A stretch of DNA of 64,000 nt from Octopus vulgaris (Eukaryota). Below, in pieces: positions 27,700 through 39,128 of this stretch (the first letter of the stretch is position 1; every line of letters begins with the position of its first letter). The DNA lies in the NCBI GenBank assembly GCA_951406725.2, contig OX597819.1, forward strand, positions 29,326,001-29,390,000, in the 5' to 3' direction. The position numbers and the translations under genes were made by a program. The notes under the pieces are model-generated. The model was not told the origin of the DNA and made no database searches. It worked only from the letters and a program-made list of their open reading frames with translations.

Positions 27700-29610
27700 A
27701 TTGTTGAGATGCTAGTGTGGAAGCAGAGATGTGTACTGTGTGCATGTGCCAGGGCACAAATTCCTCTGAGCAGGTATAAAAATTATGAGTAAAACAGGCA
27801 TAATATTGGTAGAGAAATGGGTAAAGTAACTGAGGAGGTCAGAGTTTGTAATAATTAACCTTGGACTTGGATGTTATAATGACATACATTCCACAACCTA
27901 GACCGGCAGATGAAAACAAAGACTCCATTAGGTCATTGTGCTGTCTATCTGATGACAGCATCCTCATTATAGCTGGTGACTTCAACAGACGTGTTGGACA
28001 ATGACATGATAGATTCCATATGAGTATAGAGACTATAACTTTGGTTCAAAAGATGAAGATGGAACAAGGCTCCTCAAGTTCTGTTATGTTAATAATTAAT
28101 ATAACTTTGGTTATATAATTAATATAACTTTGGTTCAAAAGATGAAGATGGAATAAGGCTGCTCAAGTTCTGTTATGTTAATAATTAATATAACTTTGGT
28201 TATATAATTAATATAACTTTGGTTCAAAAGATGAAGATGGAACAAGGCTCCTCAAGTTCTGTTATTTTAATAATTAACTAGCCAACTACCTAATCAATCC
28301 AATTTGGTGGATAAACAAACCAAATAGACTACATTCTCCAAAAGAAAAAAAACATGGAACAGACAAATGGTTATGAACATTAGGTCTTTCCCAGGTGAAG
28401 AATGTACTACCCAATATTAGTTAGTGATTAGTAACTTCAAAGATAGAGCTAGACAGACTCACAGGTACAAGACAATAATAAAAAGGAAGATAAGGAAGCT
28501 TGAAGAACTATCAAGCAATTAGAAGAGTATTTCTAGTTGAAACCTTGGGTGAAAGTGGGGTATAGGGCCTTAAATCATAGAGAACAACTGGAAATTCCTA
28601 TAGACAACCTGCTGAGGCTTACAGGCTAGTTCTGTGGTTGAGGCAAGTCTCTCACTCAACTAGACTGATGGTGACATGTTGGAATGTGAGGTAGACAGAG
28701 TCACAAAAGCAAAGAGGTGAGATTGGAAAGACTGGAGAAAGTGCAGAGTAAAGAACTATACCAAGTAACTAGAAGGAAAGCAAAGTTATAGATCTACTTA
28801 GCAAGAAAAGAATAAAAAAATAAGGGGAGTTTAAGATTATATAAGCCAATGAACTAGTTCTTATAGCATAGTTTCTATGGCTGAAAACCCTTCCTGAGAC
28901 AAATCATTTTACAGGGTGTGTTGAATGCATTTTATTGAGATACCAGCAATAGAGAGGTTGCTATGTCCTCAATAAGACTGAAGGGTTCTCTCAAACCAAT
29001 GTTGTCTCCGTTTGTCAACTAGTTTGCATGGAATCAAAACCCTAGAATTAAGAGGCTTCAAAATTACATTAGTAAGAGGGAAAGAAGACAGAACTCCAGT
29101 ACTGTCAAGGATACAGCTTTCCTTGTTAATCAGAAAAGGAGGGATAAAGTTCAAGGAGCAATTGCCTCTGCAGGCAACAAAAGAGCTTTCTTCTATAGTG
29201 AAGGGTAGATTGTATGACACTTGTGTTAAAACTGTAATATAATACAGTGGTGATGCAGAAGACTTGGATGCAGAGGAATTGCAAAGAAATAAAACCAGCA
29301 TGCTCTGATGGATGTGTAATGTCAGTATGCATGAATGCCAAAGTACAAATGAGCTGAGAGAAAGACAGTACAATGGGAATTGAGCGTAGTGTACAAGAGA
29401 GGAAGCAATGCTTCTATAAGTATATGATGTGTATGGAGGATGATAATGGCATAATGAAGTGCCACGAACTCTAAGCAGAATCTGTAGAAGAAGGAAACCA
29501 AAGAAGACTTGGGACAAAGTGGTGAAGGCTAACCATGAGATGAACTGAAGATGCTGAGTCTCATGGAGGAGACAGCACACTGACTGGTGATATTCAGTAT
29601 TACAGATGAC
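27700..29610 (+). mobile_element. Decayed RTE LINE (endonuclease plus C-terminus, RT core absent)
   Basis: AGDFN at ~27972, QIDYIL at 28321, SFPGEEC, VKGRLYDTCV at ~29198. Confidence 0.7.
28034..28277 (+). repeat. 89-bp tandem repeat, about 2.7 copies
   Basis: Units start at 28034, 28123 and 28212. Confidence 0.9.
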
Positions 29611-30568
29611 CAGAGCACTTTATCCTGACAGAAATATAGTGTTAGAAGCTGAAATATTTTGTACCTTGCAAAGCTTACCTTGCCTTCTTGACTCTTGCTT
29701 ATTTCTACCTATTGCTCACAGTCCAACCTTTTGCCAATCTCCTTATCATTCACAGCTCTCCATCATTCAATGTTCCACCACTTGCTTTGACCACACCATC
29801 CGCTTCACTCTCACTTCTTTGACCTTCACAAAACCTTCATGTAAGACACTGAAGCACTCGCATCCCTCTACACACTAACTTTTTCCTGCTGTGCAACCAA
29901 CCATCACACTCCTTCCTGTCTCCCTGTGGGCCACTTCTTTTGTCATTTATCACTTACTCTTGCTAACATTTCATCATTTAGCCTTACCTCTATCCATTTC
30001 TGCTATTCTTCTCCAAACTCCACCCCTAGATATCACTACTTTTTCCAATTGTACTCTTACTTCTTTGACTTCCATCCTTTTCTGGTCTTATTGCTCTCTC
30101 TCTCTCCTCTTCCCTACCCTATTTTCCTCTTCAGTTACCTGAACAAATGTACCCTTCCTTGGATATTGAGTACACTTTACACTGCTATCTTCTCATCTCA
30201 ACTACCCATTTCAGGCCTTTTGGCTGTAACTGTCCCTCTTCTACTCCCCACCTTAGTCTGCTTGCTTTAAGTCTCAAAATACTCACCATATTTACAGTGC
30301 ACAAATTATTCTAACTCCTGTGCTGGTGTTACAACAGAATCTGCAGTGCCCCCTACAAGTGAATGGTAAGAAAGATTATCCATCTAAAAATGGGTCCACA
30401 AAAACTGCACCCAGTAGACATTGGAAAATGGTTAGCAATAGAAAGTATATCCAACCATAGAAACTTAGCAAAATGACAAGTATGAGCACCAGTCTATAGG
30501 TGCAGTGCCTCCCAACAAGAAATGTCTCGGACTGTGAAAAGCCATCTAATCCATGCCAAATGGAAAGA

Positions 30569-30605
<37 letters not shown>

Positions 30606-30611
<6 letters not shown>

Positions 30612-30900
30612 TTAGAGATAAAACCAATATTAGGCAAATCAAACAGTGAAAAACATAAACCAAAACATAGAAATAAAATTAATTGATATAATATACAAAA
30701 TATATAAAATATAAAATTTTATATATTTTATATATTATATTAATTAATTTTATTTCTATGTTTTGGTTTATGTTTTTCACTGTTTGATTTGCCTAATATG
30801 GTTTTATCTCTAATTTAATTTATATTTATACTGTAAAATTAGATTTAATCCTAAATCTAATTTTTCCCTGTAAGTTTGGATTTACTCCCTAATATTATTA
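30606..30900. repeat. AT-rich hairpin element: ~100-bp arms plus tail
   Basis: 30606-30815 is self-complementary; tail matches 60597-60670 in reverse. Confidence 0.75.
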
Positions 30901-30909
30901 TATATATAT

Positions 30910-31457
30910 AAGTAGTTGAATGAATTATCTTATGGATAATTCGGTTAACCGATACCTGAGTAGCAAATTCACATCAGAGAAGACACGGTTGAAGTTACGT
31001 GCTTTCGTGTGGAAATTTGTATGTTTTTTTTAAAAATCTAAATATATGAAATAATGGAGTTGAACGACGAATTAACAAAATTCCTTTATTTTCGACATAT
31101 GTTTCGAAGGCTGCATATTCCTAATTGCGAAGGAATAAGGAGTATATTATGCCGCTTTCTCATCAGGAAAAGCAAGGAACTTATGTCAACATCAAGATGC
31201 ACAAAAAACTTTTAGATGACTGCTCACACAGAGCCCATAGCGATAATGAGTGTCTCTTTAAAAAATTCCTTTATAAGGAGTGATGTCAAAATGGTTGGAT
31301 GTAGAAGATTCTAGAAGGTTCTAAAGGTTCAAGGGTTCACATGAAGTAGGAGAAGAGAGGCATAAGAATAGGAAGGTGAAAGGGTGCAGTTCAAATGAAT
31401 GGTGAATTTTCTTTTGTGAATGAGTGTCTGTGTGTGTGACTGTATATAACTGCATTA

Positions 31458-31496
<39 letters not shown>

Positions 31497-32040
31497 ATTG
31501 TGTTTGTGGATGGGTGGATGTCAGAAAACAGACAGTGGTGAGGTGAACGGTTTGTATCTGTGTGTGATTGTGCTTACTATAGATAGAGGGAAAGAGAGAG
31601 AGAAAGAGAGAGAAAGAGGAGGGCAAGGTATAGGGACAAAGGTAATACATACCTCACTGGATTGGGTAGTAGTTCTTTGAAAGTATAAAAAGAATTTTTT
31701 GACTATGGGGGTGAAATATATAAAAAAGAGTTATATTAATTAAAATTCAAGGGGCTATCTATATTAATCATTATTCATATGATTGAAAGGTGTGTTCTTG
31801 CCAGTGCATGCATCTGTAGGACCTCTCGACGATTGTATTTATTAAAGAGACTTTGGCGAACAAAATATGAAAAAGTTCAGAATTACAGACGCCACAATGT
31901 TTTCTACCCTTGTCAAACGGGAAGGACACCGACAATATGGACCATTCCAGTTTGAAAGTTGTATTGCTGTCCTTCAGACGCCAAACTAATTTACTTAGTC
32001 CCGTGCTGTGTTGTTTTCTCTTATCTCTGAAGGCTTGTCG
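30910..32040 (-). mobile_element. Penelope-like element 3' remnant (GIY-YIG C-terminus plus UTR/pLTR)
   Basis: 32040-31771 translates AFRDKRKQHSTGLSKLVWRLKDSNTTFKLEWSIL..FDKGRKHCGVCNSELFHILF..LIN..E..YRCMH..*, followed by a hammerhead. Confidence 0.75.
31081..31179 (-). ncRNA. Type I hammerhead ribozyme
   Basis: Stem I ttcctt..ttttc/gaaaa..aaggaa, core CTGATGA, stem II gaaagcggcata/tatgcagccttc, GAAA, palindromic stem III ACATATGT, GTC cleavage triplet. Confidence 0.8.
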
Positions 32041-34099
32041 GAGTGTATTCTTATTTGTTGTTCTGTAATTCTTCTGTATTTATATATATATATATTTATA
32101 ATGATGATGATGTTCAGAATGATGACTGAGTGCTCATGTAAATAAATATGTATACTTTAAATGAAAAAGTCATATGAATATTCATAACAGCATACATATG
32201 AAAATAATAAAGAGAAATCTTAGGTACATATACATATTTGTATTTGTTTATCTTAATAACTGTGTTGCAAATGTAGGTATCAAGTATGTGTAAGAGTGTA
32301 GACATGTGTGTGGAATCCATGGCTTTTGTGTTTATATGTGTACCTGTATGTATATAATGTGTGTGCATATAAGCATAATTTGATTTTACATGTCACATAT
32401 ATATATGTATTTATGATTATATATATATGTGTGTGTGTATATCATCATTGTCTATATATTCATAAATATGAACATGCAGGGAGGGAAGGAGGGAGGGGAG
32501 AGAGAGAGAGAGAGAGAGAGAGCAGAGAGAGAAGAAAATTCCTAATGTTCATGTATTTGCATGACAAAAGGTTGATACATTTGAGCATTTAAAAAATATT
32601 TAATTGCATGAATCAAAACTATTTATATATATATATATATATATACACACGCATCTATAATCATGTGTGTATGTGTGTATGTGCATGCATGGGTTTTTAT
32701 TTTTGCGTGGATGTTCATGCAAGATGCAAAGAATATTTTTGTCTATTACTACAATACATAATATTAATGACAAATAAATTTTTGAAAATAATTTCAAGAT
32801 GTGTTAAATAAAGATAAAATTTCAAAATCACAAGGAAAGAACCAAACCAAAAAAAAAACCAAAAAAAAAACAACAGAAAACAACAAAACAGAAGAAAAAA
32901 AATTAAGGTAAATATGTAGAAGGGTATTAGAAATGAGAATTATATCAAACAACTTATTGTACAACTAGCTTTCTTTATTATTTTGAATATTATAGAATTT
33001 TACTTGTACAATGTAGAAATGTACATAAAGACTAGTATTTTTTGCAGTCTGTGTTTGTTTGCATTCTGATATGGTTTCGAAAGAATGAAAACTTCAAATA
33101 TTTGAAAGATAATTTAATAAATAAAGCATTCAGTTTAATAAAAATCAATTTTGAATAAGTTCTCTTTGAAATATTTATAAAGACAATTCGTATTGTTTGT
33201 TTGGTTTGCTATCAATTGGTAAATTTCTCACAAGATGTTTCTTTTACTCACTCATATGTATGTGTGTACACACAAACACACACACACACACACACATATG
33301 CAACGCGTATCCAATTATACACGTACACATGTATACACAACATTTTGCATCAGCTTTTCCATGCGTGCATATATATATGAATATATGCATATACACATAC
33401 ATATGTACACGCACACACACACACATATATATAATATATATATAAATATATATATAATAAATATATATATCTTTATATATATAAAACTGAGAATGTGTGT
33501 CTGTCTGTCTGTGTGTTTCCCTAAAACTTGAGAACTACACAACCAATTTCATTCAAATTTTACACATGCCTTACTTAGGGTCCGGGGAGTGTCATCGGCA
33601 AAAATAATTTTGAACTTTTTGCCTAGGGCGAGCCCACAGCAATATCATATCTTCTCCACTACGATTCCCAAAAACTTGAGAACTACACAACCAATTCCAT
33701 TCAAATTTTACACATGCCTTACTTAGGGTCCATGTAGTTTCATGGGCAAAACAAATGTTCACCTTCTTGCCTAGAGCGAGCCCATAGCAATATCATATCT
33801 TCTCCACTATTTCAGTATTACGTGTTAAAAGATAAACAAAAACGTTTCTCTATTTTATGTCAGATACTTTCACTTTAACAATAAAAATAATAATAACAAT
33901 TGAATTATATGTAGTAAGTAACAATTAAAATCAAACTAAAGTATAATATAATCGTAACATAACAAAAGTAAAAATAGCAATTGGTATAAAATTGCATCAA
34001 TGATTTGAACTTGAATAAGTGGTTTCACATGAATAGGAATAAATTAAAAATAAAATTAGCATGCAGAAATGGAATAGTCCAGATGGATAATAAAAAATT

Positions 34100-34166
34100 A
34101 AATTAAAGAAAAGACTATTGTCTATAATGTAGAGAAAAAAGAAGATTTGAACACATGGCGGAAAGC
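34100..34166 (+). pseudogene. Left part of an older Tx1-like ORF1 relic (insertion target)
   Basis: Translates IKEKTIVYNV.. and RFEHM(E)ES, which joins across the TSD to TIEKCLGATMKGI. Parallels KRIIYKT..QKIEEKKIEFCLKPIMDKI of the inserted ORF1. Confidence 0.6.
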
Positions 34167-34378
34167 TATTTTTGCGTTTATTAGTAAGTTTGTATATTTT
34201 GCTCTCGTCGTATTATCTCTGTTTTTCTGTATTGTTTGTCAACCGTTGTGTACCATTACTGTCTAACTGTCAAAGTCAGCCTTCACGCGAGGACTTCACG
34301 TTGGTGTTCTCCCCTCTGTGGGGGAAAACTACAATTAATTTGGAATTTCCAAAGGCTTGTTATAGCCATTTGTTCAAG

Positions 34379-35750
34379 ATGGAGTCCCCCATCTCTTATT
34401 CGCCCGTGACGAGCGAGGACGAATACCCAGCGTTGTCGCCAGGAAAAAAAGAGGCGTTGTCACCAAGAAAAAAAGAGGCGTTGTCGCCGAAGAAAAAAGA
34501 GGTGGCGTCGCCCAAGAAAATAGAAAAACCAGTACCAGCATCAACTCCAGCGAAAAAATTTGCTGAAGTAGCTGGGAAAAAGATTAAAACAATAAATGTT
34601 GAAAATCTGGAAAAATTTGCAGACAGTGTAAAGAAAGAGGGCACAGAGGTGACTGTGGTCACAAACATACAGAAACAAACGATATAGAGAAGAAAAGAAT
34701 TATATATAAAACTTACAACACAGCAACAAGAATGATACAGAAAATTGAGGAAAAAAAAATAGAGTTTTGTCTGAAACCGATAATGGACAAAATAACCTAT
34801 ATAAACAGAGGAAAAAGATACGGCACAGTGGAGGTGCGTTTTACCACTGAAGAGATAGCGAAAAAACTATTGATGGAGACGATCAAAGCAGAAAACATTG
34901 TTTTATTACCATTATATAGAGGAAAGCGGACGTCAAAAATCACAATGAACAACATACCGCCAGAAGCAGATGCAGAATGTCTGGTGGCAGCAGTGATGGT
35001 AGGCCTGGAGGAAAAAATAAACATCCTCCAGGCCACAGTGGAAGAAGAGGAGTTCTGGAAAGGACAAAAAATAGTGATAGCCATTCAGGCGGAGGTACAA
35101 ACACTGGAAGAAATTCCAGAAATGGTAAAAATCAGCGAAGATGAAAAAATAACAGTTTTCGTGGAGGGCAGGAAGCCGAGGTGCTTCGGCTGCGGCAAGA
35201 AGGGTCATGTAAGGGCGGAATGCCAACCCCAACCGCAGGAAGCACCGAAGCCAAGAGAAAAAGAAGAAAATGTGTCACCAGAAGCAGCGTCGGACGGCCC
35301 AGAAGGGAAGACCGAAGGTGTGGAGGTGACGGTGACAGCAGAACCAGCGGCGGAGGAGAATAAGAGCGAGGAAAAGATAAATGAGGAGGGGTGGAAAAAA
35401 ATTACCGAAAAAAAAAAAGAAAAACGGAAACCACCCCTCCCAGAATAATTTTAAAAAAGAAAAGAGAGACAATGGACTCATATATGGCCGTAAAGGCAGC
35501 AAATAGCAGACTAGGAAACATGTTAGCTGCTATGGCCAAAGTGGAGAAAGTGGAAAAGAAAAATGACTTTGTAATCTACAGAATAGGCCGGAAGGATTAC
35601 GGGCGGATAAAATCCGAATTCTTCCACGACGTAGGCCCACTTAGATTGGATGTGACATCTCCACATATATTCGAGGGCCTACGTCGGACTCCCCCACGAG
35701 GCCCAGAAAAAGAGTTAGAAGAACAAGAGAAAACCGAACCACTGATATAA
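34379..35750 (+). pseudogene. ORF1 (gag-like nucleic-acid chaperone) of the Tx1-like element, split by two frameshifts
   Basis: Starts MESPISYSP at 34379 with SPxKK repeats. Shifts near 34660-34680 into the frame DIEKKRIIYKTYN..MIQK..RYGTVEVRF..PLYRGKR, which has zinc knuckle CFGCGKKGHVRAEC. Second shift in the A-run near 35410 into the 35391-35750 frame, whose stop lies 8 nt before the ORF2 ATG. Confidence 0.8.
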
Positions 35751-35758
35751 AGGTAAGT

Positions 35759-36416
35759 ATGGATTATATTTATGTTGGTTGTTTGAATGTGCGCGGCCTG
35801 GGAGCAGGCTGGAAGCAAGGTCGCTTCCTGCATGATATCAGGTCGCGTAATTTAGATGTTATTGTTGCTACAGAAACCCGGTTAGAGGGGCCAAGAGGTC
35901 TGCTCCCGCTGTTTGACGGCTACGAGAGTTTTTTCTCTCCTGGCAGTCCCACTGGTGGAAGTGGGGTGTTGGTCCTAATAAAAAGAAACCGGGTTTCTGA
36001 GAAAAAGTTAATTTTTGCAGATCCAGAAGGTAGGCTGGTCGTCATGGATTTGACGTTCAGTAATGGTAAAGTTATCAGACTGGTTGCAATTTACGCACCC
36101 AACCATACAGGGCAAAGTGATTATTTTTGTGAACTAGAAAACTTTCTTGGTACTTCGCATTCATTAGTTGTGCTAGGAGACTTTAACACAATTTGCAAAG
36201 CGGATGTAGATTGTGTTGGCTCGCGTCCAGATAGAAAAGGTAACAGTGGCTTCATGGAACTGCTAAGCCGCTTTGAGCTAGCAGATCCTTATAGGGACAT
36301 GGTCAAACAGCAACGGATCTTCCAGGTCATATTTAGATAGAATACTAATTAGAAAAGTAGACAGTAAAATAGCTAAGTGTCCACAGTTTTACCCGATCAG
36401 CTACAATGATCATAAA
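35759..36416 (+). pseudogene. ORF2 N-terminal apurinic endonuclease domain, frameshifted at ~36296
   Basis: Motifs LNVRGL, ATETR, IYAPN, GDFN, DPYR. After a short deletion the other frame reads TWSNSNGSSRSYLDRIL..YNDHKMV, which is continuous with the 36417 ORF. Confidence 0.88.
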
Positions 36417-39128
36417 ATGGTCACTTGTAAGCTTGACATAGATAAGGTTAAAAATAGAGGATCCGGTTACTGGAAACTTAATACGTCCCTTTTGGCGATT
36501 AAGGAGTACAAAGACCGGATTAGGGATATAATTCAGAGGGCACTATCTGGTACCATCATTAATAACAAATGGTGGTACGCCCTCAAACAAGCCATCAAGT
36601 TTGAGTCTATTAGATATAGCATAGGAGTAGTGGCTAGAGAGGCTAGAAGGGAAACTACTCTAGTTAAGGAATTAGAGGAAGCCATGAAAACTGGCTCTGC
36701 GGCTCAGGTGGCGTCCCAGAGACTGGTGTTAAACCAGCACCTCGAGGCCAAACACATGGGCTGCATTGTCAGGGCTAGAATCCGCCATATGGGATGTGAA
36801 GGAATCAACGCCGTGAGATGGGCCCGAGTGGTGGAAGCACAGCATGGTAACGATGCCATGATTCGATATTTGACGAACCAACAAGGTGAGATGATAAACG
36901 AACCCGAGGAGATGTGTGAGGCCTTTCAGGAGCACTTCGCTCAGCTTTTCGGTGAGTGCGGCGGACTGGATAGGAGGAGGGCCTTTACGGACCTACTCGA
37001 CGGGCTGCCGCGCTTATCGGGGCGAGATGCGGAGGGCTGTGAAGGGCCAATCACGCCTGAGGAGGTGGTTGAGGCAATGGCGGACTGCAGCGCGGGCAAG
37101 GTGCCGGGTTTGGATGGTCTACCCTATGAGTTATATAAGAGTATGCCAGACTTGTTCGGGCACTTACTGGCGGAGGTCTATGCGAACTGGCAGCAGAACG
37201 GGCTTATACCCAGATCTGTGTGCCAGGGAGTAGTGACTCTCGTTAGAAAGGACCCGAGCAAGGGGGAGTGCATTGATAATTTCAGGCCCATCACTCTGCT
37301 AAACACAGAGTTGAAGATTTTGGCCAAAGTGTTATCGAAAAGATTGGCGCGTGTCGCGGATGGTCTGATCGGAGGGGCACAGACATGTGCCGTTCCGGGC
37401 AGATCCATTCAGGATAATCTCCATCTAATGCGGTACACTATAGAGGGGTTTAATAGTGATTCTGGCAAGGGTGGGGCACTGGTCCATTTAGACCAATCTA
37501 AAGCTTTTGATAGGGTCGACCATCGTTACCTGGTATCTGCCCTGGCACAGTTCGGGCTGAGCCTTGGCTTCCTCAGGTGGATTATCCAAATTTATGATAA
37601 CATCGACTCGGTAGTTCGGGTGAATGGCTTCTTGTCGAAGCCGTTCAAAATCAAACGCTCGGTTCGTCAAGGGTGTCCGCTCTCCCCGCTTTTGTACGTG
37701 ATGGCTCTAGAGCCATTACTGCGAAAACTGAGCGGCATCCCAAGACAGCCAGGTAATGGAAAATCAGTGTCAGCGTACGCGGATGACATCACCATCATCG
37801 TAACCGAAATGGACCACCTATGTAAAGTAGGCAAGGCCATAGAGGTTTACGAGACGGTGACAGGAGCAAAAGTTAATCGCGAAAAGTCAGTCGGCTTGCA
37901 ACTCGGCATCTGGAGAGGCAAGTCGATGCCTCCTGACAGCGTCGTGGGACGTTGGACGGAGGGTCCGATTAAATTGCTAGGGGTCTGGTTCGGTCCAGAC
38001 CTCCAAATAGAGAAGAATTGGGGCGAGGTAACGAGCAAGGTGGCTGCAGTAGCCAAGACCTGGTCTTGGCGGTGGCTATCCCTGAAAGGGAGGGCGGAAG
38101 TGGCCAATGTGTTTATCGCATCGGTTATCACCTTCCGCCTTTCCGTCGTTCCTTGCCCTGATTCGTGGTTGATCAAGTTGGAAAGACAGCTCTTCTACTT
38201 CTTGTGGAAGGGCGGGAAACCACTTGTGAAACGCTCTACTTGCTGTCAACAACCGTTAAAGGGTGGGCTAGGGATGCCTTGGCTGATGATGCGCAGACAT
38301 GCGCTGAGGTTAAGACATCTGTGGCTCTACCTGGATGGTGAACGGGTGTGGTCTTCGCTAGCAAAACTGATGTTTCCCAAGTTCACTAGTTTCGGTGGAT
38401 GGGAAACCTGGCTGAATCGTAGATCGAAACTTGGTACTTGGTACACGGAGTGTCGCAAGGCTCTCCTGCTATTCCGTCGCTCGGGCAACGCCTGCGGTGG
38501 GGGTTCCACCACATTCTTCAATAGAGGGTTGGTAGAGGCGGAATGTGAAGATACCTTGGGGGAAACCCTAGGTCTCGACGATAATCAGCTGGCCAGTCTG
38601 TTCCGACGTACGTTCAAGCCGAGGACACTGGACAACTTCCAGAAGTCTCTGGCATGGCAATGCTACAGAGGAGCTCTACCTGTACGGGATAAACTCGCAA
38701 GGCACGGTGGCCAAGACAGTCCGATATGTCCAAGATGCAGGCGGGATAGGGAAACCGTCCCGCACGCTATTGTTCATTGTCCAGACGTGTCTGAGGTGTG
38801 GGTTTATGCCGAACAGCTGTTGTCAGGTACACGAAGAGTACAGCTGTCGACTGAGTCGATTACAAAAATTGACCCACCAGATTTCCTCATGAATGAAGGT
38901 AAGTTTCGTTTTCTCGTTGTAGTAGCAATTGCGAAAGAGGTGATATGGAAGACGAGAATGAAAGGTCTACAGTCAGGCAAGTTCATCTCCGGCCCTGGTT
39001 TGATGAATTATTTCATCTTTCACCTGAAAAGGAAGATAGGGCTGGAGAGAATATGCCTGACTAGGAGAGTGTATGAAGAACGATGGAAAGATGTAGCACG
39101 AAAGTTGCGAGTGAATGATACAACATAA
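36417..39128 (+). CDS. ORF2 remainder: reverse transcriptase plus C-terminal zinc finger (903 aa open frame)
   Basis: Motifs GYWKLN, KVPGLDG, FRPITLLN, LDQSKAFDRVDH, VRQGCPLSP, AYADD, LLGV, GGLGMP and CPRC..ETVPHAIVHC, typical of L1/Tx1 ORF2. Confidence 0.93.
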   Translation: MVTCKLDIDKVKNRGSGYWKLNTSLLAIKEYKDRIRDIIQRALSGTIINNKWWYALKQAIKFESIRYSIGVVAREARRETTLVKELEEAMKTGSAAQVASQRLVLNQHLEAKHMGCIVRARIRHMGCEGINAVRWARVVEAQHGNDAMIRYLTNQQGEMINEPEEMCEAFQEHFAQLFGECGGLDRRRAFTDLLDGLPRLSGRDAEGCEGPITPEEVVEAMADCSAGKVPGLDGLPYELYKSMPDLFGHLLAEVYANWQQNGLIPRSVCQGVVTLVRKDPSKGECIDNFRPITLLNTELKILAKVLSKRLARVADGLIGGAQTCAVPGRSIQDNLHLMRYTIEGFNSDSGKGGALVHLDQSKAFDRVDHRYLVSALAQFGLSLGFLRWIIQIYDNIDSVVRVNGFLSKPFKIKRSVRQGCPLSPLLYVMALEPLLRKLSGIPRQPGNGKSVSAYADDITIIVTEMDHLCKVGKAIEVYETVTGAKVNREKSVGLQLGIWRGKSMPPDSVVGRWTEGPIKLLGVWFGPDLQIEKNWGEVTSKVAAVAKTWSWRWLSLKGRAEVANVFIASVITFRLSVVPCPDSWLIKLERQLFYFLWKGGKPLVKRSTCCQQPLKGGLGMPWLMMRRHALRLRHLWLYLDGERVWSSLAKLMFPKFTSFGGWETWLNRRSKLGTWYTECRKALLLFRRSGNACGGGSTTFFNRGLVEAECEDTLGETLGLDDNQLASLFRRTFKPRTLDNFQKSLAWQCYRGALPVRDKLARHGGQDSPICPRCRRDRETVPHAIVHCPDVSEVWVYAEQLLSGTRRVQLSTESITKIDPPDFLMNEGKFRFLVVVAIAKEVIWKTRMKGLQSGKFISGPGLMNYFIFHLKRKIGLERICLTRRVYEERWKDVARKLRVNDTT

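Noticed and set aside
28034-28277. Repeat-spacer appearance resembling CRISPR
   Set aside because: Units are contiguous and near-identical with no unique spacers; eukaryotic context, no cas genes.
30965-31020. Second hammerhead-like motif (GAAGA-cacg..cgtg-GAAA)
   Set aside because: Core and stem III are too degenerate to call.
34172-34378. N-terminal extension of ORF1 in the ORF track
   Set aside because: Starts at TTG in the T-rich 5'UTR; the first ATG is at 34379.
34685-34687. TAG readthrough or editing in ORF1
   Set aside because: The same frame stops again 16 codons later and homology continues in another frame, so a frameshift explains it.
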